DNA from: Euglena gracilis
Taxonomy: Eukaryota
Reading direction: 5' to 3'
Assembly: GCA_039621445.1 (NCBI GenBank)
Contig: CP154954.1
Location: 40,169,572 to 40,233,571 of the forward strand
Length of the DNA stretch: 64,000 nucleotides
The notes beneath the pieces are model-generated. The model worked only from the letters and a program-made list of their open reading frames with translations, ran no database searches and had not been told where the DNA came from. Made by a program: the position numbers and the translations under genes. Positions 26,061 through 38,635 of this stretch are shown here, piece by piece (the first letter of the stretch is position 1; each line of letters opens with the position of its first letter).

Positions 26061-28699
26061 ACGATACACTTTGAAATATCGAAAGAGGAAAAGGACCAGT
26101 CCATGAAATGAAGACGGACGAAGAAAGTTTTGAATCTCCAAATCTCGCAAAAATGCCACATTTTGAATGTTGTAGTATGCAAATTTCTGTTCTAGTTAAT
26201 CTGATACACAGGGCACATCAAAGATCCCCAGCCCATGTTTTTTTTGAAGAAATTATGAATCACCACACGCAAAAAGATGCTGCATTCCCGATCGTTCTCC
26301 TTCAGTGTCACAATGCCGTTTCGGGTGGAAGCGGTGTGGGATGGTTATGGGGGTGGTTCGGGTCACGGGGGGGTCACGGGGGGGGGGGGGTACGGGGGGG
26401 GGGGTCACGGGGGGAACACCACATTTTTGGTGGCAAAATTAGGAATCACCGAGTCGAAATTTTTGGAGAAAAATTCCACAAATTAGGAATCCCCACACCT
26501 AAAATTAGGATTTTGACACCAAATTAGGAATCACCGAGCCCAAATTTGAAAAATTTACGCCTCAAAATTAGGAATCTGCCCCAGAATTTTATCAAATTAG
26601 GCATCACCAACCAATATTTTTCCCGACAAAATTTCGCCGAAAAGGGTCCTTGTTCGGGTCACGGGGGGGTCACGGGGGGAACACCCCCTATGATGAAAGT
26701 ACAGGGTGCTGAAATGAAGTGAAAATACAGGAACTTATTGCTTTGTGGAAAGAGGGCACATCACCATATACAGGCCTTTGCTCTGAACAAATACACATTC
26801 GATCGAGCAGAGGCCTGCCTGCAACACGGTGACAGGCCCTTGGTGGGTCTACTTATTTTCTGCTTGGTACTTGCTACTTGGATCACAAGTTTCAAGTCTG
26901 AAGACAGATTTTACAGACATTTTGTCCTTAGATGCTAGTTTTCTTCTGAAACTTCCATGTTTGTTTCTTGCGTTCTTTATTTTTCTTATTATGCTGTTCG
27001 ACAAATGTTCTTGGAAACCAAAATTGGGAGAAGTTTTTCAATCTGGCAAACGGCCCAAAGTTTTGCATTTCACATTTTTTGCGATGTCATGGTTTTTTTT
27101 TGGGCCAGATGTTCCATCCAGTTTTGGGCTAGATGTGGTGGCCAGTTTTGGGCCACAGGATTCTCTCAGAAAGGAGTTGTTTGGGTACCATTCTCTTGGA
27201 AAGGGGGGGCAGAAAAGCGTGTTGTTTCCGTTTTTTTTTTGGCAAAATATGTGTTGTTCAACGAGAAAAATATCAGTAAAATTTGACTGTGCCAAAAGTT
27301 TGTTTACTTTATTCGTTTATTTCACCCCCCTGCTCAAAAGTATGAGTTTTTACGAGGAAAACTTTGAGGTTTTTTTGTGAAAAAAGTTTTTTTCCATCAA
27401 AAGTCACGTGTTTTTGGGTTTTATTTTTCAAAAAAACTTTTCTGGGCAAAATCCCCGTTTTCCCGAGATTGCCAAGTTTTTGCTGACAGATTCAAACCTG
27501 GAACGGATACAGGCAACTGGTGGTGCTTCAGGACAACATTGGACTCCCTAGAGGCGCACCCACGGCAATGCTGGAGCGTGCACACCAGGAAAAACCGACG
27601 GCAGGGACGATTTCTTTATTTCACCCGAAGAGAAGAGGGAAACCGTGACTGCTTTTCGGAAGGAAGGAAATTTCTTTTTGGGTCTGGCCGGCTAGCAAGA
27701 CAGACATTGGTCCGGCTGGACAGACGGCTGGCGAAAAAAATGCTACGTCCGGACGGACGGCTGGGCGTCCAGCAGAGGTCCGGCTGAGAAGGTCCGGACG
27801 GCTCGGATGGACGGACGGCCAGCCGCCCCCCTAGTCGGCCCGACCTATGGTCGGCCTGACCTGTGCGTATGGCTTACCGACCTGTGTGGGTCGGCCCGAC
27901 CTGGTCGGCAGGAAACACAATTGTCCGCACTAAACCCCCCCCTCTTCTGGAAATTTAAGCCCCTCCCTGAAAAAAACTTTTGTCCAAATCACCCCAAAAC
28001 CAGTCAAAACCCACTGAAATGGGTCCAGAACCCCCCAATCGGGGGTGAATATGCAAAAACTTGGGGGGAAAATGCCCAGTTTGGGCCACTTTTGGGGAAA
28101 ATGGGAAAATGCCCATTTCCGAGTGAGGGTCCCCCCATGTGTATTAACCCCAGTTGGACGGCTCTTTGGGGTAGCTAGCACCTTGTAGGGGCCAATTTAT
28201 CACGTTTTTGAACAGGGGGCTGTAGTCTCCTGCAAGTTGTTGAGTGTCATTCAAGACGTATACCGGCGGTTTTATACGCCTCACGGGCTCGATTGTATTT
28301 TACTGAATTAAACGACCTGTTTAAAGCGACCGGTTTTCAAACAACCAACCCTGGGGGGTTAGTGCGGACAATTGGGTTTCCTACCAACCAGGTCGGGCCG
28401 ACCCACAATGGTCGGGCCGACCAGGTCGGCCCGACCCGCAATTTGGTCATCCGCGATTTTCCGACCGGGGCCGCTACCCGCAAAGTGTCATACTCCCCCA
28501 TAGTGGGCATTTTTTTTTAAAAAAAAACAAGACATTGTGTCCGTTTTAAAACCTTTTCCTCAAAAAATGGCCATTTCGCAAGGAAATAGGTCAAATTTTG
28601 CTTTTTTAAAAAAGAAAACATGTTTCTGTTTTTTTTTTTTTGGGAAAACACATATTTTTTGTTCTTTGTTGAAGAACAAAAAAAACGTCAACCCTGGCT

Positions 28700-29300
28700 C
28701 AATTCCGCATGGTGTGCCAAGGGGGAGTGATTGAAGCTGCTTCCCGCATACTGGCTACCACTCTTTTTACACGACACAAATATTTTGCAAAATGCATCTG
28801 AATTTCGTAAAATCCACCATTGCCAACCTCAATTGGACGAAAAATGTCGCAACTGTCTCGGGGGCAGGCAGTACAGTTGCCCCCCCTGTGCTTGTCTCCA
28901 TCATGCCAGACTTGCAGAGTGGGCTTAGGGTCGCGGAGGGCAAAATGGGGGCCATGGCTAGGTGCACCCCTTTTGATAAGCAGTTGCGAATGAATTGGCC
29001 AAAGCTCTCAAAAAGGTCCTCGGCTCGGGAGCCTAGCATATCTGCAAGTATGCACCGCAAGTGGTCAGGGCAAAGCCCAAGTCTTTTGGAAAGGAACAAA
29101 TCAGCTAAGAATGAATGTGCAGTCCCAAAGTGCTTCGGCGTCCCGTGAGAAATGGAGCTGATTAGTGGGATCCTAAGGCCCAAAGCCAGGTGGGTCCTCA
29201 TGAGGGTGAAGGGCACGCAATTTCGAAAAAATTGACGGATCACTTGAGTTTTGCAAGCCATCGGTGAGGACACAATAGGCTTCAGAAATGGTACCATGTC
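28700..29300 (-). pseudogene. Second, more decayed CRE-like RT fragment (region just N-terminal of RPIA)
   Basis: GLCPDHLRCIL...FGQFIRNCLSKGVHLAMAPILPSATLSPLCKSG resembles the start of the RT domain in these elements. Confidence 0.55.
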
Positions 29301-32300
29301 CGACCAAATTTTTCACATGGTTTGGTTGCCTTTCTGTTTCTAGCCAGCCGTGTCCGGGTCAAAGGCAATGGGAAGTCTGGAGGGAGAATCCCTCCTTCCA
29401 GCTCTCAAGAATTGGGCGAGGAAGGTACACTTACACACGTGGACGCAGAAAGTGTGACCGGTGCAGGGTTGTGCCTAAAAAATAAATGAAATTTAATAAA
29501 ATGAAAAAATTGAAAAAAATGAAAAAAAATAAATGAAAAAATTTAATTGAAAAATTGAAAAATATATTTTTATTTTTCAAAATTGAAAAATATATTTTTT
29601 ATTTTTCAAACTTGAAAAATATCATTTCCTTTTGCACACATGTTGGCAGCTCACAGACAAGAAATGTCAAGTTGAGGAACATTTTCTTCTGCAAAAGGAT
29701 GCCGTGATGTGTGAGAATATCTGTGCAAATGATTGACACTTGAGACCCTTGGGCTATCCAACACCAGTGCATACCGCAAAGGGGGTGTTCCCCCCGCGTC
29801 CCCGCATCCCCCCCCGTCCCGGATTTTGACCAGGCACATTTTTCCGTATTTTTTCTACACAAATTTGAGTGACATCAAAGGTAACGTGTGGGAGTAGTTG
29901 GGCCACTGTTACCCCCGGAGCCTAGGTACACGGGGGGGGGGGGGGTTGGGAACCCCCCGTTCACTTCCAAAACGAACTGGACATGTTGACTTCCCGGAGT
30001 GGAGGGGTCCGGCGCTGAAGGCGCCGATTTTTTTTGAAAAGTGCCTTATTGGTGTACTCCCATCGTTTTGGTTTTCGGCCGAAGTGAACAAGTACGGCCA
30101 GGTGCACGGGGGTGTACCTGGCCGTACTACCCCTGCAGCACAGGTGCACCAACCCCTGTTCACTTCCGAAGTTAACCGAACAAGGGGGGGAGGGAGGGTT
30201 CCGGGTTTTTTCCCCCATTAGCCCTGTTAGCAAAACCCCCAGGGGGTCTGCAAAATTTACATGGCCATGGGTCTTTGTTGGTGTATCATTTCATTGGAGT
30301 GTAGAAGCAAAGCACGATTTTGAACTGAAATTCAGCCCACACAAAGACGCATTAGAAGCCTTACAACCTCCACCCATGGGGTTGGTCAAAATCATTTCCC
30401 AAATGCATGTGTTGACACTGGGATTTCCTTTACGGCTCAAGAACAAGGAACAAGGATCATCTTCCCAAATTGGGAACAGCGCCGTCGTATTTTTCAAAAT
30501 ATTTTCCAATTTTTTTGAAATTTTTCATGAAATTTTTCAATTGAATTTATTATTTTATTTTTCGAGGCACAACCCTAGGCTGGTGGCGGTTTTTCACGGT
30601 TCTTTGTGTCGTCAAGGGAGGTTCGGCACGTCTGACGAGGACCCTCGGCCACCAGGAGGGGGGGGGTCCCCACTCTGCCGTGCCGAGGGGGTCAGTTTCC
30701 CAGTTTCCCAGGGGGGTCCACCGTGCCGGAAAGCCGGAATTTCGCAAGGAAAATTCATTGGCATGGTTCGGCATGCCGTGCTGAGGAGGTCGGCTGACCG
30801 GGGGGGGGGGGGGGTCCCATTGTGTCTTGGCTGCCCTGGCTGGTCTCCCCACGTTTGCGTACGCGAGCAGAATTCAAGCAATGAGTTCAACAACAACAGT
30901 TATCATCATGGGTTTGCTGTGGATGACGGGATTGCGGCTGGTGTGCGCTGATGCAGAAGTTCGCCTGTTTTTCCGAGTCCATTGTTCACATGTTTTGTGA
31001 TCAACACCAAAATTCTCTCCGCTGTAAGGTTTTATTGTGCTTATTCTTAAACCTCGTCGTAAATCCAAGTTCCTGGTCATCCTGGGTTGGGCTCCAGATC
31101 ATGGAACGTTTGGCCACTGAAGGTTGAATGAGGTTTCCCAAAAAAAAACGTCTCGATTTGAGCTGTCAGAGACTCAACTGCAGTTGACTCTGCTGACAGC
31201 TGACAGTTGGATCATTTGGCGCTTGCATCATTTGGCACTTGGCTATTCTGTTTCAGCAGCAGACCTCAAAAGATTTGCTTGATTGAAGAGGGCACTGCAC
31301 TGCACTGCACTGTACTGTGTCAGAGAGTCAACGGCTGTTGACTCTGCTGCCAACTGACAGTTGCATCGTTTGGCACTTGCATCATTTGGCACTTTGGCGA
31401 TTGGGTTTCAGCAGCAGACTGCCAGTTTCACCATTGGCTTATTTTATGAGGTGCACATGGGACTTGCCTCACTTGACAGCAAAAATGCCTTCATTGCACA
31501 GCCAACTTCCACTGCCACTGCCTGCATTTCACTGCCAGGGCTTCCAATTGTCCTGAAGTGAGTCAAGGCCAAGTAAATCCCCCTTGCAATCCATTGTTCA
31601 TGGTATGTTTTATATGAGGATATGTCAAAGACCACAGTGACTTTGGCGGCCACTGGAAGTTTTGAGTGACAGAGGGAAGCATAAAGTGGACTTGTTCACT
31701 TCATGACAATTGGCACTGCACTGCACTTGGCCTAACAGTGCAGTGCAGGCAGTGGCAGTGTGGAGAAACCAGTGGCAGTGCAGCAAAGGTAGTCGTGAAG
31801 TGAGGCGGCGATTTCAGTGGCAATCAGCAAACGGTTGAGCGGAAACCTGCATTTTGCCCTTCAGTTCCAAACGTTCTGTGAGCTGCATCGGGTGCACAGT
31901 TGACGGTTGGTTTTGTGCTTTTCAGAAATCATGTTGCTTCAAAAAAAAACCAGCTGACCTTTCGGTGGACAAAGTCTGGAGTAATTTGGGAAGCAGTGCT
32001 CGTGCCCAGTGGCCAGAAAAGGAAAGAAAAGCTGAAAAGAAATGCCATCCAAGCTGGATTTGGGATTTTTCCCCCTGTTTTCGGGGTACCCGCCAGGTCC
32101 AGGGACCCCCTGGACCCTGGGAGCAAGCATTGAATGGAAAATGCCAAATTTGGTGTGTAAACTTGGCATTTTCCACTCAATGTTTGGAGGACCTCCCCCA
32201 GGGTCGCCACTGACAGGCAAGGATTGTTGCATGCAAGTCCTTTACAAACAAAGAATGTGTTCTGCATCTTAGGGCCAGAATTCGTTAAACGACCGCCACA

Positions 32301-32399
32301 ATTTTCAGCGTTATTGAAGGAGTAGGGTTTGGTGTGCAAATGGCCATGGCCATTTTGCGCAACATGGCCATTTGCACACCTAACCCTGCTCCTTCAATA

Positions 32400-32537
32400 C
32401 CATGCCCCCCCCCCCCCAATAAGACCCCCCCTCAGGAGCCAAAATCCCAGGGGGGGTTTTATATGGGGGGGTCGGTCCCGGCCAAAGGGCCGGCCTTCGG
32501 CCGGCCAGAAGGGGGTCTTATATGGGAGGGGGCATGG
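32400..32537. mobile_element. TA-TSD MITE (CCATGCCC..GGGCATGG)
   Basis: ta|ccatgcccc ... ggggcatgg|ta. Relatives near 13860 and 15750-15850. Confidence 0.8.
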
Positions 32538-35024
32538 TAACTCCAAAAAATCCGACTCAGAAAAATTTCGGCGGCAGCCGTTTAACGAAGGAGACCCAAA
32601 ACCCCTCATCCACCACCACCCAGGCCTCAATTCGGGCTGTTTTCTATGCAAATGATGGTGTCAAGTTATGCCACGTTGGGTGAAGTGTTTGAATGTGAAC
32701 TTAGTCGGCCCAGAGCCTCCTCACAGGGGGGGGGGGCTGTTGCCCCCTCCACCCTCCACCTCAAACAACACATATTCCCGTCCCCGGGACCCTTTATGGC
32801 CCACTGGGAACAGTGCGGGGAGATCAGCTCGGGGGGGGGGGGGGACCTGGTGCCCCCGAGCTTTTCCCATGCCCGGACCTTGGGCACCCCAAAAGGTCAT
32901 TTTTGGCAACTTTTTTTTGGATGTTCGCAAAAAATGGTCAATTTTTAAGCACATTTTCCAAAAAGTGATTTTGAAAATGTCCCAAAAACGTCGATTTTTA
33001 ATCACTTTTTTTGGGAAGTCCTCATAAAAAGTGCTATGACAGTGAGCTATTCCCGTTGTGGGAACAGCTCGGGGGGGGGGGCAATGGCGACCAATCAGGG
33101 GGGGGCGGTGAGGCCAAATTGCCAAATTGGCCGTTTTCACATTTTCCTCCAAATTGGCATTCTGACCCAGGAAAATTTTTCTACTCCCAAATTTTGCCAT
33201 TTTGGTCAAAAATGATGCCAGATTGTCCCCAGATTGGCCATGGGAGGTTGGTACGCCATGGCGAGGGGTCCGAATAGGGGGTCTGAATAAGAAGAGCGTA
33301 CATGGTTTAGGTGGGGGGGTGTCCCCCCACCCCCCCCCCTCCTGGCCCGCAGGGGGGGTCCGGACCACCCCCCCCCCCCACCTGCCAGGGGGTCCGGACC
33401 GACCCTCGGGGGGGTTCCCGGGACCCCCCCCAAAAGGGTCAATTTTCTCCTCCGGCGATTTGTGCCGAAAATTTTTTGCATTTTTGGCACATTTTTGCCC
33501 AAAAAGTGCCCAAAATGGCACTTTTGGTCGTTTTGGGGGGGTCAAAAATTTTCGGCCCGGCGCTCTGCGCCGGGCCGAAATTCAGTCACCCGGACCGCCA
33601 CTGTTTAGGTGGGGGGTGTCCCCCCACCCCCCCCCCCCCTCCTGGCGAGGGGGTCGGCGACCAGGGGGGGAGGGGTGTACCATGGTTTTCCAACAAAATT
33701 TTTGTTCAAAAATTCGCGAAAACCGCCGGTGGCGTGGTGAGGGGGTCCGGCCAGGGGGGGGGAGGGGGGGTAAATGGCGTGGCGAGGCCCTCGGAGAGGG
33801 GGGGGGAGGGGTGTACCAACCCCCCCCATGTGGGCCGAGGCTGCCCAAGGAACCAATCTGCCCCCAATTATTGTCCGTGAGGGCAAAAAAGGGCAATTGC
33901 TGTTCCGAGTGTTATGAAATGGCAGAAAATGGCATCGAAACGGACCAAAAAATGACTGAAAATAGGTCATTTTTTGCGTCAAAAGTTCAAGTGTTGGCCA
34001 CATCAATGCAGTGCCATCAAATTCCTCTCTCCTTCAAGGTTCTAAAGGCCAGACTTTTGCACAGTCGGGAACCCACCCCACGGGGTCGGTTTTTGGGGGG
34101 TGCCTGCCCACAGCAAGCACCCCCCTCCGACCCCAGTGCCAAAGGCCATTTTCAACGTAAATTTTGTGGGTCTCCTGGACCCCCACCCCCCAGGGGGGTG
34201 TGCCTGCTGGGGCAGGCAACCTGTGGCACCCCCCCCCCGCCCGGTTGGTACCCCCCCCCACAATTGACACCCCCCCATAATTAACACCCATAATTAACAC
34301 CCCCCCCCCGACCGAAAATTTTTTCAGCCGCTCGCGTCTTCACGGACCAAGGGGTTTGTCAGGAGTCCCTTGTATTTTGCCTTGTCCGTTCGGACCCCCC
34401 CCCCCATAATTGACACCCCCCCCATAATTGACACTACCTGGGGGGTTTGGAGGGTGTCGGGGGGTGTCAATTATGGGGAGGGGGTGGTAAGCAAAAGCCT
34501 GGTGGAGGCTGCATTTTTGGCAAAATTCGGAACTACTTGGCCATTTCACCCAATTTGGGTCATTTCATGGTCATCTTGAAAGGCCCTTGGGGAGTTTCCC
34601 CTTCCTCGTCTCTGTCACAGCTGCCGGTACAGTGGCACAGTCCCCCCCAGCGCCCCAGTACCCCAGTGCCTGGCGATCACCTGGTGACCGCCAAGCCACA
34701 CAATTGCTCCTGGGGTGGATCCCACACTGCAAAGACCTCTGCCAGGGAAAATATCCATGATGTGAGTAATCAATAATCAACCACCAAGGGATTTGGGCAC
34801 ACTTTTTTTGGTGATAAAACCTGGTGTATTTCCACACATTTCTCACCAGGATGCCGTTTTGACCATTTTAAAGAGTTTCTGTCACTTTTGGAGCAATTAT
34901 GTGCTGGCAGCAAGCCCTCCTCCCTCCACCCCCTCCAAAATTCACCCTCCTCCCCACCGCTCGATTCGCCCCTCTCCCCACCAAACTACCCCTTCGACGC
35001 CCCCCCCTCCCCCTCCTCGTGGAC

Positions 35025-35450
35025 TCTCTCCCCCTTCGATTCGCCCCTCTCCCCCTTCGAACCGCCCCTCTCCCCCTTCGATTCGCCCTTCTCCCCGCCC
35101 CTCTCCCCCTTCGATTCGCCCTTCTCCCCGCCCCTCTCCCCCTTCGATTCGCCCCTCTCCCCCTTCGATTCGCCCCTCTCCCCCTTCGATTCGCCCCTCT
35201 CCCCCTTCGATTCGCCCTTCTCCCCGCCCCTCTCCCCCTTCAATTCGCCCTTCTCCCCGCCCCTCTCCCCCTTCGATTCGCCCCTCTCCCCCTTCGATTC
35301 GCCCCTCTCCCCCTTCGATTCGCCCTTCTCCCCGCCCCTCTCCCCCTTCGATTCGCCCCTCTCCCCCTTCGATTCGCCCCTCTCCCCCTTCGATTCGCCC
35401 CTCTCCCCCTTCGATTCGCCCCTCTCCCCCTTCGATTCGCCCTTCTCCCC
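35025..35450 (+). repeat. 21/33-bp pyrimidine-rich minisatellite (tcgattcgcccctctccccct)
   Basis: Directly visible. Unit lengths are multiples of 3. Confidence 0.9.
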
Positions 35451-36919
35451 AGTCCCACCCAGGGCTGCCTCAATAATGCCACAAAACCACTTATCTTTTT
35501 GCAAATGAGCCAGAAATCAACCATGTGACGCACATGTTTGTTGTCATCATGGTTCCCCCTAACCATTCATTTGTGGCAGCCAAAACCATGCCCACCGAAG
35601 GTTTCCTGCTGTCTCTTTTTTTTTAACCAAAAGAGCTGCTGATTTCAGGGGTCCCAGGCTCTGTCAAATTGGAGAGGGGGTCATTCTTGGAAAGCAACAC
35701 TAGCATGAAAGATGAAGCAGCCTTATCCACGTCCCACGGCTGGCCCCGCGGGCCCCCCTGCTGGCCCTCCCGGCCCCACCAGCCCCACAGCGGCCCCTGC
35801 TGGCCCTCCCAGCCCTGTGGCCAGCCCCGCAGCGCCTGTTAACCCTCCTGGCCACAACATTGCTTAAGGTTTCTAACCCCCCCAGGGGGGCAGTGCTGAT
35901 TTTTTCGGAGTGACTGATTGATTATTGGCTCCAGGAAAGCTCTTAGGAAGTGGGTGACTGGTTTTCAAAAAGTGACTGTCTGGTTTTTTTTGGAAGTGGA
36001 AAAGTGCTCCCATCCCCTCCGGGGTTGGTAAGCAATGGATGCTCCTGACCCCGCAGCCAGCCCCGCAGCCCCTGTTGACCCTCCCGGCCCCACCAGCCCC
36101 CCCGGCCCGGCCCGGCCGGCCCGGCCCGCCCCCGCGGGGCCCGGCCTGCTCCCGGCCCGCCTGGTCCCGGCCCCCGAAGCCGGCCGGTCCCGGCCCCCCC
36201 GCGGCCGGCCGGCCCCCGCAGCGGCCGGCCGAAGGCCCCCGCCCGGCGGCCCCCGGCAGCAGCCGGCCGGCCCTCCCGCCAGGCCGTCCGGCCCGGCCCT
36301 CCGGCCGCAGAAAGCCTGGCCTCCCCCCCGCAGCGGCGGCCCTCCGGCCCCCAGCCCGGCCGGTCCCTCCCGCAGCCCGGCCCCTCCCGGCCCCCCAGCC
36401 CGGCCGGCCCTCCCGGCCCGCAGCGCTGGCCCTCCCGCCAGCCGGCCGGCCCTCCCGGCCCCCCCAGCCCGGCCGGCCCCGGCCCCCGCAGCCCGGAAGG
36501 CCCTCCCGGCCCCGCAGCCCCCGGCCTCCCGGCCCCCCCCCCCAGCCCGGCGGCCCTCCCGGCCCCCGCAGCCCGGCCAGCCCTCCGGCCCCCAGCCCGG
36601 CCGGCCCTCCGGCCCCCCAGCCCGCCTGGCCCTCCCGGCCCCCCCCAGCCCGGCCGGCCCTCCCGGCCCCCGCAGCCCCCCAGCCAGCCCTCCTGGCCCC
36701 TGAGCACCTGGACAAGCCGGAACCAGAACCTCCTGCTGAGCCGGAGGCCCAGCCCCTTGCTGAGGTCAAGCCAGAGCCCCTCAAAAAGGCCGAGCCAGAG
36801 CACCTCGACGAGACCCAACCTGAGCCAGAGTCCCTCCATGAGCAGGAGCCAGAGTCTCTTGCTGAGCTGGAGCTCCAGGTCCTTGACGAGGCCAAGCCAC
36901 AGCCTCTCGGTGAGGCCAA

Positions 36920-37252
36920 GCCAAAGCCCCTCGACAGGCCTCAGCCAGAGCCCCTCAGCGAGCCCCAGCCAGAGCCCCTCGACAAGCCTGAGCCAGAGCC
37001 CCTCGACAAACCCCAGCCAGAGCCCCTTGACGAGCCCCAGCCAGAGCCCCTCGACAGGCCTCAGCCAGAGCCCCTCAACAAGCCTGAGCCAGAGCCCCTC
37101 GACAAACCCCTGCCAGAGCCCCTTGACGAGCCCCAGCCAGAGCCCCTCGACAAGCCCGAGCCAGAGCCCCTCGACAAACCCCTGGCAGAGCCCCTTGACG
37201 AGCCCCAGCCAGAGCCCCTCGACGAGCCCGAGCCAGAGCCCCTCAGCGAGCC
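36920..37252 (+). repeat. 24-bp tandem repeat (agccccagccagagcccctcgacr)
   Basis: Directly visible. Variants are mostly CpG transitions. Confidence 0.9.
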
Positions 37253-38635
37253 TCGAATGGCCTTCCACACCCCCCGCTACTTTTCCACTTCCACTGCCCC
37301 CTCCTGAGGCTGCTTTAAGCGGTTACTGAACAAGCATTGAATTTTTTGAAAACAACTGAATCTTTCGCACTTCAGACTGTATAAACCCCCCGGGGTCAGT
37401 AGGATCCGGTTTGGTTGGTCGGCCGAAGGGGGGGGTTAGTAGGTGGGGGGGGGGGGTTTATAAGTCCCGGAATTGTTGGTGAAAATCCGAACCCCAAAAA
37501 TGACCCCGAAACCCCCCCAAAATGGCAATTTTTGGCAAATTTGGTCAAAAATGGCATTTTTGATGATGGTCGATCTCAAAAAAAGGGCCAAAAATCAGTT
37601 TTTGGGTGGTTTGAGGCCAAAAAAATCGGCCCCGGCGGCTTTCATTTTCCTTCCCCGAAGGGGGGGGGTTTATAAGTCCCGGTTTGGTTGGTCGGCCCGA
37701 GGGGGGGGGTTAGTAAGTGGGGGGGGGTTATTTTTGCATTTCCGCCACCAACTTGTTTGCATTTCATCTCATTTTATCTCACTTTATCCCCAAAATATTT
37801 GCCTCCTTCGGATAATTTTGCATTCGGCTGCACAGTTGCCCTTTGAAACTTCAACCGGCATGGATATTTTTCCATCATCCATGTATTAGTATTTTGTGTA
37901 TAGTATGTGTATAGTATGTGTATCATGTGTATAGTATTTTTTTTCATAGAGCGAAAGTAAAATGACAGCACAGCAGTGGGGTGGTTGGGGACGGGGGGGG
38001 GGACCAGAGGTTTTTTTAGTTCCGGGGGGGGGGGGGGGGTGGTTGGGTCCGGCCGAGCCCCCCTCCCCCCCCTGGGGGGCCAGAGGGGGTGGGATGTGCT
38101 TTTCAGCGCCAAAAGAGCTGATGCTATTTTTTTTGGCATTTTTCTGATTTTTTGGCCTTTTCAGGAGGGGAAAAGTGTCCCCCCCCCCCGGCCTTAAAAA
38201 AATCCCTGGGGGATGGGGGGTGTACGAGGCCCCCAAATACATATGCACAATTTTTTTTAGATTTTTGACCAAAAAATGTTTGGTTTTTTGCCCCTTTTTT
38301 GGGCTGAGTGGCCAAAGCGACCGACAACCCTTCCCTGGGTAGGAAGGGTGACTGGTTTTTTGAGAAGAGATTGACTGGTTTTTTGAACGTGGAGAATGCC
38401 CCCCCCCCCCAGGGTCGGCAAGCAATGGTGTGGTCCAGACCCCCCCCCCCGAGTCTCAAAGCCTCTGATTCCAAGCAGCTTTATCCCCGTCCGTTTCCAG
38501 CCCCGCAACGCCACCCCGGTCCACCCCAGCCTGCAGCTCACCGCCGCCCCCACAGCCCCAGCGGAACGCCTCCAGCACCACCGCCCAGCCCCACAGCCTC
38601 CGCGCCCCACCCTCTGCAGCTGGGCAGCGCGGGCC

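Larger units (their letters stand above)
34621..37329 (+). pseudogene. Decayed multi-exon gene: CCCH-like zinc finger followed by Ser/Pro/Arg-rich repeats
   Basis: Exon 34621-34761 (AG / GTGAGT) joined to 34850 reads HCKDLCQGKYP**CRFDHFKEFLSLLEQLC. Then (SPFDSPL)n, a stem-bounded intron 35457-35730, PSRP-like repeats and (SPSQSPST)n. Several stops. Confidence 0.5.

Noticed and set aside
36039-37307. 422-aa ORF with EPQPEPLD repeats as an intact gene
   Set aside because: The apparent synonymous variation is explained by CpG transitions. The upstream splice phase points to the SPSQSPST frame, and the GC-only middle shifts between frames.
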